Shown here in pieces: positions 52,336 through 64,000 of a DNA stretch of 64,000 bases. Below the pieces are notes generated by a model, which saw only the letters and a program-made list of their open reading frames with translations, did not search any database and had not been told where the DNA came from. The DNA is from Octopus sinensis. Taxonomy: Eukaryota. The position numbers were made by a program, and so were the translations under genes. The number at the start of each line of letters is the position of its first letter. Positions within the stretch are counted from its first letter, which is position 1. The stretch covers positions 92,008,001 through 92,072,000 of the forward strand of contig NC_042998.1 of the NCBI RefSeq assembly GCF_006345805.1. The letters are read 5' to 3'.

Positions 52336-52384
52336 GAATATCGGCAACATCTTTTTGAGTAAAAAGTAAGTACCAATCATTTTG

Positions 52385-53330
52385 AAGCATGTTGGTAGCT
52401 GAGTGCTGATACTTCCAAGTGCACCAATTAATATTGGTATCATGTCTACTCTCCTCATTGACCACAACCTTCATATTTCCCACTTCAAATTGTCGTAGTC
52501 ATTCAGTTTTTCTTCTTTTTTTCTCTCTGATCCTGTTGTCATCAGGACATGCTTTCTCGATTATCATGCATGTTCTTTCTTTTTTATTCCCCACAACAAT
52601 GTCTGGTTTCTTATGTCTGGTCAGGTGATTGCACTGAATCATTGCATCGTACAGGATTTTACAATTTTCATTCTTGGTGACTCCTTCTGGGCTTTGCTCA
52701 TACCATGTCTTTGCTCTTTGTAGACCATATTTCCACAGAGCTCACAATGGACCATTCTTGCCACATTGTCATGATATGTTTTGTATTCACATTGTGCCAA
52801 TTTTGAGCATTCGCTAACGATGTGTCATACTGTTTCACCTCTCTCACCACACATTCTGCATTTGTCGCTGTTAGTAGTGTTGTCAATTCTGCACTTCACA
52901 TAATAGTCCTTAATGCTTGTTCTTGAGCTGTGCACACAAGTGCTTTTTTCTCTATCTTCAGGTTACTCCTCCTCATCCATAGCCATCGGTCTCTTATATC
53001 TTGTCTTGGCATTTATATCTCTAGCAAACTGATTTTACCTTTTTTATCTCGTTCCATGTTGTTTCTTCTTTTGTGCTTTTTTCCTCAGTTTTTCTCTCTT
53101 AACACAATTATCAGTTTTAATGACACTGGACTTCTTCACATGTTTCAACAATGGTTTCATGGTATTTTTACATTCCACCCTGAGCTGTTTTTCTCTGCTT
53201 CAATACATCCCTGGTAACTGATCAAACCTCTCCTACTCTTTCTTTTGGACAAGTGCAGTCTATTGGTGTCACTCTTAGGGTTGAAAGCTCTGTGCACTGT
53301 CAACATTTTTCTTGTTTACGTATCCATGTC
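52385..53330 (-). mobile_element. R4/Dong-type RLE fragment, lineage 2 (longer copy)
   Basis: Homologous to 21290-21757. It adds KMLTVHRAFNPKSDTNRLHL and KCRMCGERGETVxHIVSEC (CCHC). The 5' end abuts (TTC)n(TTA)n. Confidence 0.8.
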
Positions 53331-53334
53331 CATC

Positions 53335-53397
53335 AGTTCTTCTTCTTCTTCTTCTTCTTCTTTCTTCTTCTTCTTCTTATTATTATTATTATTATTA

Positions 53398-53440
<43 letters not shown>

Positions 53441-53467
53441 CATCCTCCTCCTCCTCATCATCATCAT
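53335..53467. repeat. Compound microsatellite (TTC)n(TTA)n(TCC)n(TCA)n
   Basis: Directly visible. Confidence 0.95.
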
Positions 53468-53995
53468 TAAGGCAGTGAGCTTGGAGAATCATTAGTGCAT
53501 TGGAGAAAATGCTTAGTGGTATTTAATCTGGCTCTTTACGTGTTAAGCTCAATTCCTGCTGAGATCAACTTTACATTTAATCCTTTTGAGGTTGATAAAA
53601 TGAAGTAGCAGCCAAATACTGGGGATCAATGCAATTGACTTAACCCCACCCCAACAGCAGATCTTGTGCTATAATTAGAAAGGTTCTCATTATAATTCTG
53701 CTTGTTACTCTGTCAGTATGTTACCATGTGTGTTATGGTCTGTTGGGCAGTTATCATTACAAATTGGTATTATTATTAAGGCAGTGAGCTGGCAGAATTG
53801 TTAGCATGCTGGATAAAATACTTGGTGTCATTTCTTCCAGCTTTATGTTCTGAGATCAAATTCCACTGAGGTTGACTTTGCCTTTCATTTTTTCTGGATT
53901 GATAAAGAAAGTACTAATTGAGCACTGCAGTCAATGTAATTAATTAACCCACAAAGTTTCAAGGCTTTTACCTATAGTAGAGAGTATTATTATTA
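53468..53995 (+). mobile_element. Two SINE B copies (53468-53690 and 53775-53995)
   Basis: Both begin ttaaggcagtgagctgg(c)agaat and share the body. Confidence 0.75.
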
Positions 53996-54223
53996 TTATT
54001 ATCATTATTATTATTACTAACAAAAATACAGACCTCTGGGTGGTTTTCTGCTAGTTGTTATTATTATGTTTTGGCTTTGCTTTAATTTATACAAGCTGCA
54101 CCCAAGTCTAAACCAGAGACTGATTATTGATTATTATTGTTGTTGTTTTTATTATTATTTTGTAATTTCATTATATTAATAACAAATTAATATTATGTTA
54201 CAATATGTCTAAAATTCTTACAG

Positions 54224-54350
54224 ACAATTTCCTCCAGTATTTGTGAAGGAACTCCCCAGACTTTTGGAGGCTAAGATTGGTGAAGATGCAAAAATGACTT
54301 GTGTTATACGCTACATTGTTAAAGTTGAATGGAAGAAAATGGGCAAAAAG
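54224..54350 (+). CDS. Internal exon: N-terminal half of an I-set Ig domain
   Basis: Acceptor ttcttacag|A (phase 2, completes AG+A = Arg from the giant exon) and donor AAG|gtatgt (phase 0). Translates QFPPVFVKELPRLLEAKIGEDAKMTCVIRYIVKVEWKKMGKK (PxF..L, G..A..xC, W). Confidence 0.9.
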
Positions 54351-55171
54351 GTATGTAACTGATTGAAAAGATTTTAAACAATTTACAGATTCTTTAGGCC
54401 TATCAATCAAATGTTGTAAAGATGAGAATATGATAAAAATGCCCACTGTTGAAAATAGATAGTGTGATCCAACCATAAATGCTGTAAAAAGACAGGAAGA
54501 TGAAATGAGAGGGACATGGAAGTTGCATACAGCAATGAAGGCAACTTGCTGAGAAGGGAAATAACTAAAATGCAAAAAGAATGACTTATACAAGGTGGAT
54601 AGAACTTTACTATCCTTGAGATAGACTATGACTGGTGGCAAGATAAAATGCATTCAGCCTATGCTATAATATGATTATTGATCAGAAGAGCATCCAGCAG
54701 TAAAAAATTGTGTTAGAAAAACATGATATGTACAACAACAAATATTGTTTCTTTGTTGATGTGAGCATCAGATGGCAAAGAACTGTCAAATGAGGTGAAA
54801 CAATACATCAGAATAAGCCTTATAACTCATGATTTACATGTATGTATGTATGTATGTATGTATGTATGTATGTATGTATGTATGTATGTATGTATGTATG
54901 TATGCATGCATGCATGCATGCATGCATGCATGTATGTATGTATGTATGTATGTATTAGGTTATTGATAACAGCCAGAAAAAGGAGCTTCTTTTCCATTTA
55001 CCAGAGTCAATGGAGCTTTGGCCAGAAGGAGCTGATGCCATCAAACGGTATCCTACAATCATTGGGTGTTTCAACCCTGAACCTTAGCACCCTCCCATTG
55101 GTGGGTCAGTATAGATGGGCATATCTCTGCTCATTATCTCCTCATATTCCCAATACACATTCATATTTGTA

Positions 55172-55179
<8 letters not shown>

Positions 55180-55212
<33 letters not shown>

Positions 55213-55245
55213 ATTTATGTCAGTGTATACAAACACACAGACATA

Positions 55246-55287
<42 letters not shown>

Positions 55288-55320
55288 TATGTCTGTGTGT
55301 TTGTATACACTGACATAAAT

Positions 55321-55353
<33 letters not shown>
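55180..55353. repeat. Perfect spacerless palindrome, 174 bp
   Basis: aaacatttatgtcagtgtatacaaacacacagacatatatatgtgtg-(ta)n-cacacatatatatgtctgtgtgtttgtatacactgacataaatgttt, with its centre at 55266/55267 and outer (TA)n arms. Confidence 0.92.
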
Positions 55354-55362
<9 letters not shown>

Positions 55363-55400
55363 TTATGGTGTGCATATACATATATATACATGCATAAATA

Positions 55401-55455
<55 letters not shown>

Positions 55456-56934
55456 GGGTGTGTTAAACATCAATTCACTAGTACTTTTGTTGAATACCAT
55501 ATAAATATTGGTATAATGCAATTATAAAGATAAATTAAGTAGATAGATACTATTGACAATCCAATAATTTATTTATATTACAATATTACATGATATACTA
55601 TGAATATAATATAACAGAAGTAAGTTAGAATGTTAAAATTTAGTGTGCATGCACAACAGAGTGCAAGGTCACTCTGTACCAAGTGGCTTTACTCTGCATG
55701 CTTTAGCTTCGTTACTATGGCAACAGTCCCGGATACTTAATGATCAGACCTAGTGTATATATATATATATATTGTTGAAAATTGGTATATTAACACATTT
55801 TATCTATTCTGGTTATAATATCATACAATTAAATTTTATCTGTATACAACATAACAATATTGTTTATATACTATCATCTATAGTACCCCATGATAATTTC
55901 CTCTGTATTAGCATCATAGGTTTTATTAGCATCTTACCCCTTTAATTGGTAATTAACGTCTTGATTGGGGTCTTCCCCTATCCAGCCTTCTTTATAGACA
56001 GTTATTTATACAAATCCTAAAATCCTGACAATATTTATGACCATACCCAACTATAAACTGTCAGCTCACTCCTGCTCTCCATTCTAAACAGACACTGTCC
56101 TCTAGCCTTAGATTTATTAGTTGATAAAAAAAAGACTAATAAATTAAAAATGAACCACAATCCTTTATGAGCTATGACCCTAACAAATTTTATACAGTTC
56201 TTAGAAGTGTAGCATATTAGTACATTAGTAGCAACATGGACTCTTTCCCTCTTCTTGCTCTCTCTCTATATATATATATTACACACACGCACACACACAC
56301 ACACACACACAACACACACACACACACACACCACAACATAGAATCAGTTCCGCTACTTTATAACAGTATGTTTGGAAATTTTAAAATAAAGCAATTACAA
56401 ACAACTTTATAAGCCTTAATAGCATCAAAAATGAAATCTCATGCATAAACGAGGTGAACATATTGTATTCTACGATTAACAGAGAATATCATATTATATT
56501 TTAGTATTTCACTACATTGCTAGGCACCTTATAACCTGACTAGGGCAAATTAATTTGACATTCTATGTTCTTATTCTGAGGCTGCCTAAAGTTCCATCAT
56601 TCAACTAAACATTCCATAAAAGATTGCACATGATGAAAATTTGAATTACAAATGAGTGAATGAATAATTAGTACATTATTATAAATATATATTTTCACCA
56701 TGTGGTGACTATCTAACTGAGATATGATTCTTCTTTCTTCTCTACAGTTTTTTTTCTCTCCTCATCTATTCTGTAGCAGAGTATATCATGTGTTCAAAAC
56801 ATAAAAGACTTTTTCTTCTATTTTTCCTGAGTATAAACCTAAAACACTCTTTGTTTGTATTTTTTATCTCATCTTCATGTTGTTTATAATTTTTGCACTA
56901 TGAATACATAGACACATAGATAGACTTACCTATA

Positions 56935-56977
<43 letters not shown>

Positions 56978-57068
56978 TATATATTTATATATACATATTT
57001 ATGTCTGTATGTATACCTAGCTAAGTACATATGTATTTATAGTGCATAAATATAGTGTATATATAAAT

Positions 57069-57354
57069 ATATATTAATCAATGAAATTTCAACTTCTGAG
57101 TTTCACGTTTTATTATTTGCCATTTTTACAATTTCACAACATTGAAATAAACTAGTACTTTCATGCGTTACACACTCATCAGGTTTATTTAGTGACTGTT
57201 GTGTTCCACAAGTTGTCAACTGTAGAACATCACTGTCACTACATAAACCTGATGATTGTATAATGCATGAAAGTACTAGTCTATTTCAAAATTGTAAAAA
57301 TTGCAAATAAAATGTGATAATCAGACTAAGCTGGGATTTCATTGATTAATATAT
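57069..57354. mobile_element. Fold-back (fully palindromic) MITE-like element
   Basis: The terminal 19 bp are a perfect inverted repeat (atatattaatcaatgaaat). The inner arms at 57143-57196 and 57235-57288 are about 90% complementary, and pairing continues almost to the centre. Confidence 0.75.
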
Positions 57355-57415
57355 TCTTCTATACACAAACTATATGCAAACTCTTATATAAATATATACA
57401 TTATAGTGTATAACG

Positions 57416-57467
<52 letters not shown>

Positions 57468-57598
57468 TGTGTGTGTGTGTGTGTGTATTTGTGTGTGTGT
57501 TTGTGTAGCTATACATTCTCATACATTCTATACTGAGTTCCTCTTTAGTCTTGAGTTTATTTTCTAAATACAACAAGCATGTGAATTTCTGTTTCTAG

Positions 57599-57758
57599 AT
57601 TGAAAAGGACAAACGTAGACGAATGATCACTGATGACAGTGGAAATTTGACCCTACATATAAAAAATGTCCAAAACAGTGACTCAGGAATTTATTCATGT
57701 ATAGCAACTGAAAGTGATGGAACTATCACAGAAACACAATGTGTACTCATAGTACGAG
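57599..57758 (+). CDS. Internal exon: C-terminal half of the same Ig domain
   Basis: Acceptor tttctgtttctag|ATT (phase 0) and donor G|gtgagt (phase 1). Translates IEKDKRRRMITDDSGNLTLHIKNVQNSDSGIYSCIATESDGTITETQCVLIVR (LxIxNV..DSGxYxC). Confidence 0.92.
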
Positions 57759-57877
57759 GTGAGTAGGGTATTTGTATAAATTTGATATTAATTATAGCAA
57801 TCAACACAAAGTTTGAATAACTTGATTTTATTATTTTAATTAAATGCTTCATAATTATATTTCTATATATAAATATG

Positions 57878-58070
57878 GTGAGCTGGCGGGATGATGAGAT
57901 CATTGAATGAAATTCTTTACATTTTGTGTTCAAATCCCACAGGAGTCAATTTCACTCTTTATCCTTTCAGTGTTGATAAAATAAAGTATTTGTTCAGCAC
58001 TGGGCTGATGGCATTAACAAACGTTGTCCCTTCAAATTGCTGGTCATATGCCTAAACTACAAATAATTAT
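57878..58070 (+). mobile_element. SINE B (degenerate)
   Basis: ggtgagctggcgg...gttcaaatccc...ctttatcctttcagtgttgataaaataaagta...tgctggtc. Confidence 0.55.
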
Positions 58071-59854
58071 ATTTCTCTCTTTATATGAATAAAAAGGATC
58101 ACAATATGTCAATATCAATTACATCATGGGATGTTTTTGAGATCTTTATCCATGGACATAACTGTAAGGAACATAATATCATCAAGTTCATGTATATTCA
58201 TTTATAATCCTTTGAATTGGAAAACGACTGTTGGTAATCTTCACTCAAAATCAATTTAATGTTAAATGAAAAAATAAGAACAAAATTGCACATATTTTTA
58301 TTCTTGTGGTACATGTTTCACTTTTAGTTGTTCTAAGTAGTGTCTCACAAAAATTTTCTAGACTCGGAGAGAAAGGTCAGTCTTTGAGATGCAGTTTTTG
58401 TAATGCCATCATTACAAAATACGGAAGAATTATCATTACCTAGTGCATTGTTTGTTTTTAAAATCTAATTTATTAAATTTTGATTTAGATGGAACAACAG
58501 TTTGAGTTTTAAGTACTTTAGCCAGCTGATTGGTAACTTTTAACAAAAAAAAATTTATTGGATTTATAATTATCTCTAAACAAATAGGGGGAGAAATGAC
58601 CTCTAATCTAAGATGTGAGGATCAAATCAAATATGTACTAGAGAAGATTAAAAACTTGTAAAATTTCTCTGCTGTTAGACTTCACAATAAACATTCCATG
58701 GTCATTTCATTTTCTTCACAAAGAACAAACAACACTTAAAATATGAACTGCTTCAAACCTTATGCATCATATTTTTTTCATTTATTGGGTTGGAGAAATT
58801 GGTTATGCTACGGTCTTTGAAGTACATCTAAAGCCAGTGAGATTGACGTCATTGATGTTTCACTTGAATAGTTGCAAGTCAATGATTACAGGAAAGACAT
58901 GTATAGAATGGTACTCTATAATGCATATAAAATGGACTTAATGCCTCTTGGTTTTTGTAATACAACTATAGCTTTCCTCTGAATATGAAAAGAAACACAA
59001 ATGATGCATTTCTTATGGAATCAAAATATACTTTTGGTCATAATTGCAATAAAGAAAAGCATCATAGTGTATGTGTGTTGGAATAGATCATAAATTGTAT
59101 ACAACGTTAAAAATTAATTTAAATCCAGTCCACCAACTTTTTGATACAAACCTGCCTTAGGTCACCTGTGATACCATGGTACAAACTTCCTGTTTTAAAT
59201 TAAATTAAAACTCATCAAAACTTCAAGTTGATTCATTTTCTAAAAATCAACCAAATAATGACAGTTATTTTGCTAAATTACTCAATATTTTCAAAATTAA
59301 TTGAAATAAAATTGGCATGTTTTAACAGAAATAACATATTTAATCTGAATGTAATTGGACAATCACTCTACAGTACATACCATTCAACCTTCATTACAAA
59401 CTTCACATGTTCATGATATAGCTTTGAAGTTCCTTGAACTCTTGTCTCTGTGACTTAAAATCTGTATTTTGCTTAGTTTGGTTTTTTAATAAGTTGACTA
59501 GAACTTTCCAATATTAATTCCAGGAAAAAAAAAAGAAAAAACAATTTTGCATATGAGCTATTGCATAAGTTCAGCAAATAAATTCAATTTAAATATTTTA
59601 ATTTCCTGTGAAAGTCTCTGAGTTAAGATAATGTCCTGTTAAAGTTAATGTGACTCTGAAAGTTATCAAGTGTGGTTGGTTTGAAATACATTAAAGATGG
59701 TGTTTCCCTTTGTTCTTCCTAATAATGAACTGACATTAATGTTAAACATTTACTCATCTGGATGAGATAATAAAATTAGTAGAAAATTTATCTATTTGAT
59801 TGCCAAAATTTCATCAAACATGATTTCTTGCTCTTTTTCTTTTATTTTTTCTAG

Positions 59855-59868
59855 GAAAAAAAGAATAA
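59855..59868 (+). CDS. Candidate terminal coding exon (G)KKE*
   Basis: A long pyrimidine tract (59826-59852) ends in ctag|GA. Phase 1 joins the previous exon to give GGA AAA AAA GAA TAA. There is an AATAAA near 60052. The coding part is too short to verify from protein motifs. Confidence 0.4.
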
Positions 59869-60385
59869 TGCAGCTATAATACATCATGGTTTGAAAGTTA
59901 TAAATTTCAATTTGGATTATTTCCCTTCTATATATATAAATATATATATATTCTACCATTCAGTTGTTCAAAGTAATTTGCTTTCCATTTAAACCTTACT
60001 CTGATTTTTTTCTTTTTTTTTTTTCAAACATTTTCTGATTAAAAATTTTAAAATAAAGAAGTCTTTGAGTTCTGACTAAATGATTAATGAATTAAACTTT
60101 AATTGATATTAATTTCCAATATTAATTTCACTGTATATTTGAAATACTCTCAGTGATCATTGAACATACAAACATTACATCTATGTTGGTTTTTCTATTT
60201 ACTTTTGAAAGTTTTCCAAGTTTAAAGCTATTATAATTTAATTTGTATTCACATCTATCTAACATAACTATACTGCTTAAAGAAGTGTAAGTTCAAATGA
60301 AACCATCTGGAAACTTTACTTGATCCAACATGGTTGTTAATATTGTATATGTGTGTATGTATGTATATATATATATATAATATAT

Positions 60386-60433
<48 letters not shown>

Positions 60434-60444
60434 TATACATACAT

Positions 60445-61060
60445 CATCATCATCATCGTTTAACGTCCGCTTACCATGCTAGCATGGGTTGGATGAATGA
60501 CTGAGGGCTGGCAAACCAGATGGCTGCACCAGGCTTCAATCTGATCTGGCAGAGTTTCTACAGCTGGATGCCCTTCCTAATGCCAACTGCTCCGAGAGTA
60601 TAGTGGGTGCTTTTACGTGCCACCGGCATGGGGTCAGTCAGGCGGTACTGCCAACGACCTCACTCGAATCTTTTACACATTCCACCGGCACAGGTGCTAG
60701 TAAGGCGACGCTGGTAACGATCATGCTCGAATGGTGCCTTTTAAGTGCCACTGGCACTGAAGCCAGTTAGCCGCTCTGTCAATGATCACACTCGTATGGT
60801 GCTCTTTGCACCCTGCTATCACGGACGCCAGTCATCGAATTGATTTTGAGTTTGATTTTGATTTTGATTTCACTTGCCTCAACAGGTCTTCGCAAGCAGA
60901 ATTTTAGTGTCCAAAGAAGGAAAAGGTACGCATAAGTGGGCTGGTTACGTCCCTGGCATAGGCCATGAGATTATGGTCTCATTTGGCTTGCCGGGTCTTC
61001 TCACGCACGGCATATTTCCAAAAGTCTCAGTCACTAGACATTTCCTTGGTGAGGCGAAGG
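60445..61060 (-). mobile_element. 5'-truncated RTE copy (ORF end + 3' UTR)
   Basis: Has the (CAT)n-cgtttaacgtccgc...ggatgcccttcctaa tail signature and shares sequence with 6073-6603 and 51035-51540. Confidence 0.8.
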
Positions 61061-61344
61061 AATATATATATATACATATATTGAGCAAAGAATGTCTCCA
61101 TCTTATCAGATATCAGATATCCACAGATAATGTGGTGGATGTTGCTTTCCCTTGCTTGTCTACTCTCTAGTTAATATATGTGTGTGTGTGTGAGAGAGAG
61201 AGATAGTAAAATTAATGGCAGAACTTGAAGCAATCCAGCAAAGTTACACTAAAAAGATAGCCTCAGTGCAACATGTCAGCTACTTTGAAAGGCTGAAAAG
61301 TTAACGCTTTGCTCCCTTAAATGAGGCAGAAAGAAACAATTTAA

Positions 61345-63955
61345 TAATGTCATAGAGGTAGTCACATGCATGTTGCATTCAAGAAGTAAGGTGGAGGGGA
61401 GCTTTGCCCAGGTTCTCACAGGCAAGAAACAGGTATAAAATCTTCTGGGAAAGTAACTGTGACAGGGTCGGTGATGTGGGCATACTTCTCACAGAAAAAT
61501 GGGCTGATAAGGTCTTAGAGGTAGTTAGAGTGTGTGAGAGAGTACTTAAGTTCAGGATAGTCTTACAGAATATTACAGCAACAATCATCTCTACCTATGC
61601 CCCCAGGTGGGGCTACTAAATGAACAGAAGTACTGCTTTTATGATATCCTTTGACTGGTTACCTCAAAGATAAATAACAGTGATCTCATCTTTGGGACTG
61701 GTGATTTCAATGGACATGTTGAACAGCAGCCAGGTACCTTCCATGGAGTACATGGGGGTCATAGAATTGGTTCCCAAAATTAAGAGGGAACAAAGCTACT
61801 TGAGTTCTATGATGTAAATAACTAGATTATCTGCAACACCAACTTCAGGAATTCAGCTAGTCACCTGTTTACCTATCAATTGGGTGACCACACTAGCCAG
61901 ATTGATTACATTCTCACCAGACACTGAGATGTATGGTCACTCATAAATGCAAAGACCTTCCCGGGTGAAGAATGTACCCCCCCACCACCCCAGCATAAAC
62001 TAGTCATCAGTGACTTTAGACTTCAGGCCAGAAGGTTGCCTAGAAGCAGACCAATCTGGAAGCTTAGGATCCTTTATATGGTCAGAGGTTTAGGGACATT
62101 CTGAGAAATTTGACAAGGAGGAGGAACTACTGACTTGCAACATAGAGGGCAATTGGGAATTCCTGCAGAAAAGCTTGCTAAGTGCCACAGACCAAATCTG
62201 CAGCTGGTACAAAGTCCCAACCAGAACTAAGGTAACATGTCGATAGAACAATGCTGTAGACACGGCCATTAGAGCAAAGAAACAGGCCTGGGAGGTCTGG
62301 AAGAAAAGGGTATTTAGCCAGGGAAGAAGCAGAGAGGAGGAAGGTTACCAATGTTCTGTGTCACGAAGACCAGAAGCTTGAAGTGTTTTAGATTGCAAGA
62401 CAGTGTGTCAGAGAAAATCGTAATGTGGTAGGAGAGAAATGTGTTTGCATGGATGATGAGTCACTGACAGTTAGTGACCCTGCAAAGAGGGAGACTTGAA
62501 AGTGCCACTATAAAGAGTTACTAAATGTATAGAACTCATGGGAGAGGGAGAGTCCGCCTAGTGTGGATCCAACAGAGCTATCCAAATAGACAGTAGCATG
62601 GTAGAAAAAGCCATGAAGAATACAAAGATAGGGAAAGCCCCCTGTCCATCTGGAATAATCATTGAGATGCTTAAAATATCTGGTGTGTGGAAGGTGCACA
62701 GGTACAATAAACACTAAAAATGCCAGGTGGGTAAGCTAAAGGTAGTTGGTAGCTCCCATTATCTAAGTGACCAGGTTAGTAGTGGAGGCGGGTACTGTGA
62801 GAGCATGCTGCAAGAATAATATTAGGATGAGCAAAGTTCAGTGAGCTCCTACCTCTGTTAGCAACAAAGGGCCCCTCCTTCAGAATGAAGGCAGACTGTA
62901 TGATGCCTGTATGTGAATAGCTATGCTACATGGCAGTGAAATATGGGCTGTGGCCACTGAGGTCATGCATAAGCTTGAAAGAAATGAAGCTATTATGCTT
63001 TGCTAGATGTGCAATGTCAGTGTGCATGTGTGACAGAGTGTGAGGGTCTTGAGAGTTGGGCATAAGAGGCATCAGATGTGGTGTGCAAGAGAGACAGCTG
63101 CACTAGTATGGTCATGTGATGCATATGGAGGAGGACAGTTGTATAAAGAAGTACCGATTTCTAATTGTGGAGGGAGCTTGTGGAAGAGATAGACCCAGGA
63201 AGACATGGGATGAGGTGGTGAGGCATGATCTTCAAACGTTGGGCCTCACAGTGACAATGACTAGTGACTGAGACTATTGATGATATGCCATGCTTGAGAA
63301 GCCAAGTGTCAAGCCAAGTGAAATCATAGTCATGATCAATGCCAGTGTCATGGAACTGGCACTTATGGTGGTGGCACATAAAAAGCACCTTTTCAGCATT
63401 GGGCCACATGGAGGCGATGTGGCCAATGCTGGTGTCATGTAACTGGCACTTATGTTGGTGGCACATAAAAAGCACCTTTTCAGCATTGGGCCACATGGAG
63501 GCGATGTGGCCAATGCTGGTGTCATGTAACTGGCACTTATGGTGGTGGCACATAAAAAGCACCTTTTCAGCATTGGACCACACAGAGGCAATGTGGCCAA
63601 TGCTGGTGTCATGTAACTGGCACTTATGGTGGTGGTACATAAAAAGCACCTTTTGAGCGGTTGGCCTCATAGAGGCAATGACAAATGGCTGCAACCTTTA
63701 GCACTATGCTATGCTTGAGAAGCCCCATCAAGCCAAGTAAAACCATAGTTGTGGCAGATACTGGTGTCACGACATCTGATACCTGTGCCGGTGGCATGTA
63801 AAAGCACTCATTACACTCTTGGAGTGACTGATGTTAGGAAAGGCATCCAGCTGCAGAAACTATGGCAAAATCAGACTGGAGACTGTGCAGCCCCGCAGCT
63901 TGCCAGCTCTGGTCAAACCATCCAACCCATGCCAGCATGGACAAGAGATGTTAAG
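61345..63955 (+). mobile_element. Decayed RTE-clade LINE (APE endonuclease, linker, post-RT region, 3' UTR), RT core missing
   Basis: CCIQEVRWRG, YKIFWE, IISTYAP, GDFNGHV, IDYIL, HKLVISDF and GKAPCPSGII.EMLK motifs, then LATKG...ACM..AMLHGSE.WA and WYGHV...GRDRPRKTWDEVV.HDL. The 3' UTR ends in ggaaaggcatccagctg...aacccatgc. Confidence 0.85.
63340..63657 (+). repeat. 87-bp tandem repeat (about 3.6 copies) in the RTE 3' UTR
   Basis: ccaatgctggtgtcatgtaactggcac recurs at about 63423, 63510 and 63597. It explains the 29-aa periodic ORFs in the track. Confidence 0.9.
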
Positions 63956-64000
63956 TAATGGTCAATCACACAGTAATTTTCCTTTGTTTAACGGTCATTT

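Noticed and set aside
63161-63694. Periodic Cys/His/Trp-rich ORFs on both strands
   Set aside because: They are translations of the non-coding 87-bp tandem repeat in the RTE 3' UTR.

Overview
AT-rich, microsatellite-dense eukaryotic genomic DNA. The repeat families look like an octopus or other coleoid cephalopod (inferred from recalled repeat types, not searched). The window lies inside one large + strand gene for a titin/obscurin-like Ig (I-set) protein. I can build a phase-consistent chain of exons: 32772-32944 (second half of an Ig domain), a giant 5824-nt exon at 40946-46769 (RS-rich, PEVK-like 11-aa repeats, acidic/Ser-rich), 54224-54350 plus 57599-57758 (a complete Ig domain), and a possible terminal mini-exon at 59855-59868. 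No upstream exon was found in 1-32771. The rest is intronic or flanking DNA full of mobile elements: two tRNA-derived SINE families, many RTE LINE remnants, three lineages of R4/Dong-type RLE retrotransposons sitting in microsatellites, a deleted mariner, MITEs and a Penelope-like element. The most interesting signal is the Penelope-like terminal repeat. It combines a tRNA-like Pol III head, an (AAT)n tract and a minimal type I hammerhead ribozyme motif. It occurs next to the GIY-YIG fragment (25370-27515, with other elements nested in its AAT tract) and as a solo copy (37505-37814). Most ORFs in the supplied track are microsatellite or TE artefacts. TE boundaries are approximate unless a TSD or TIR is quoted.
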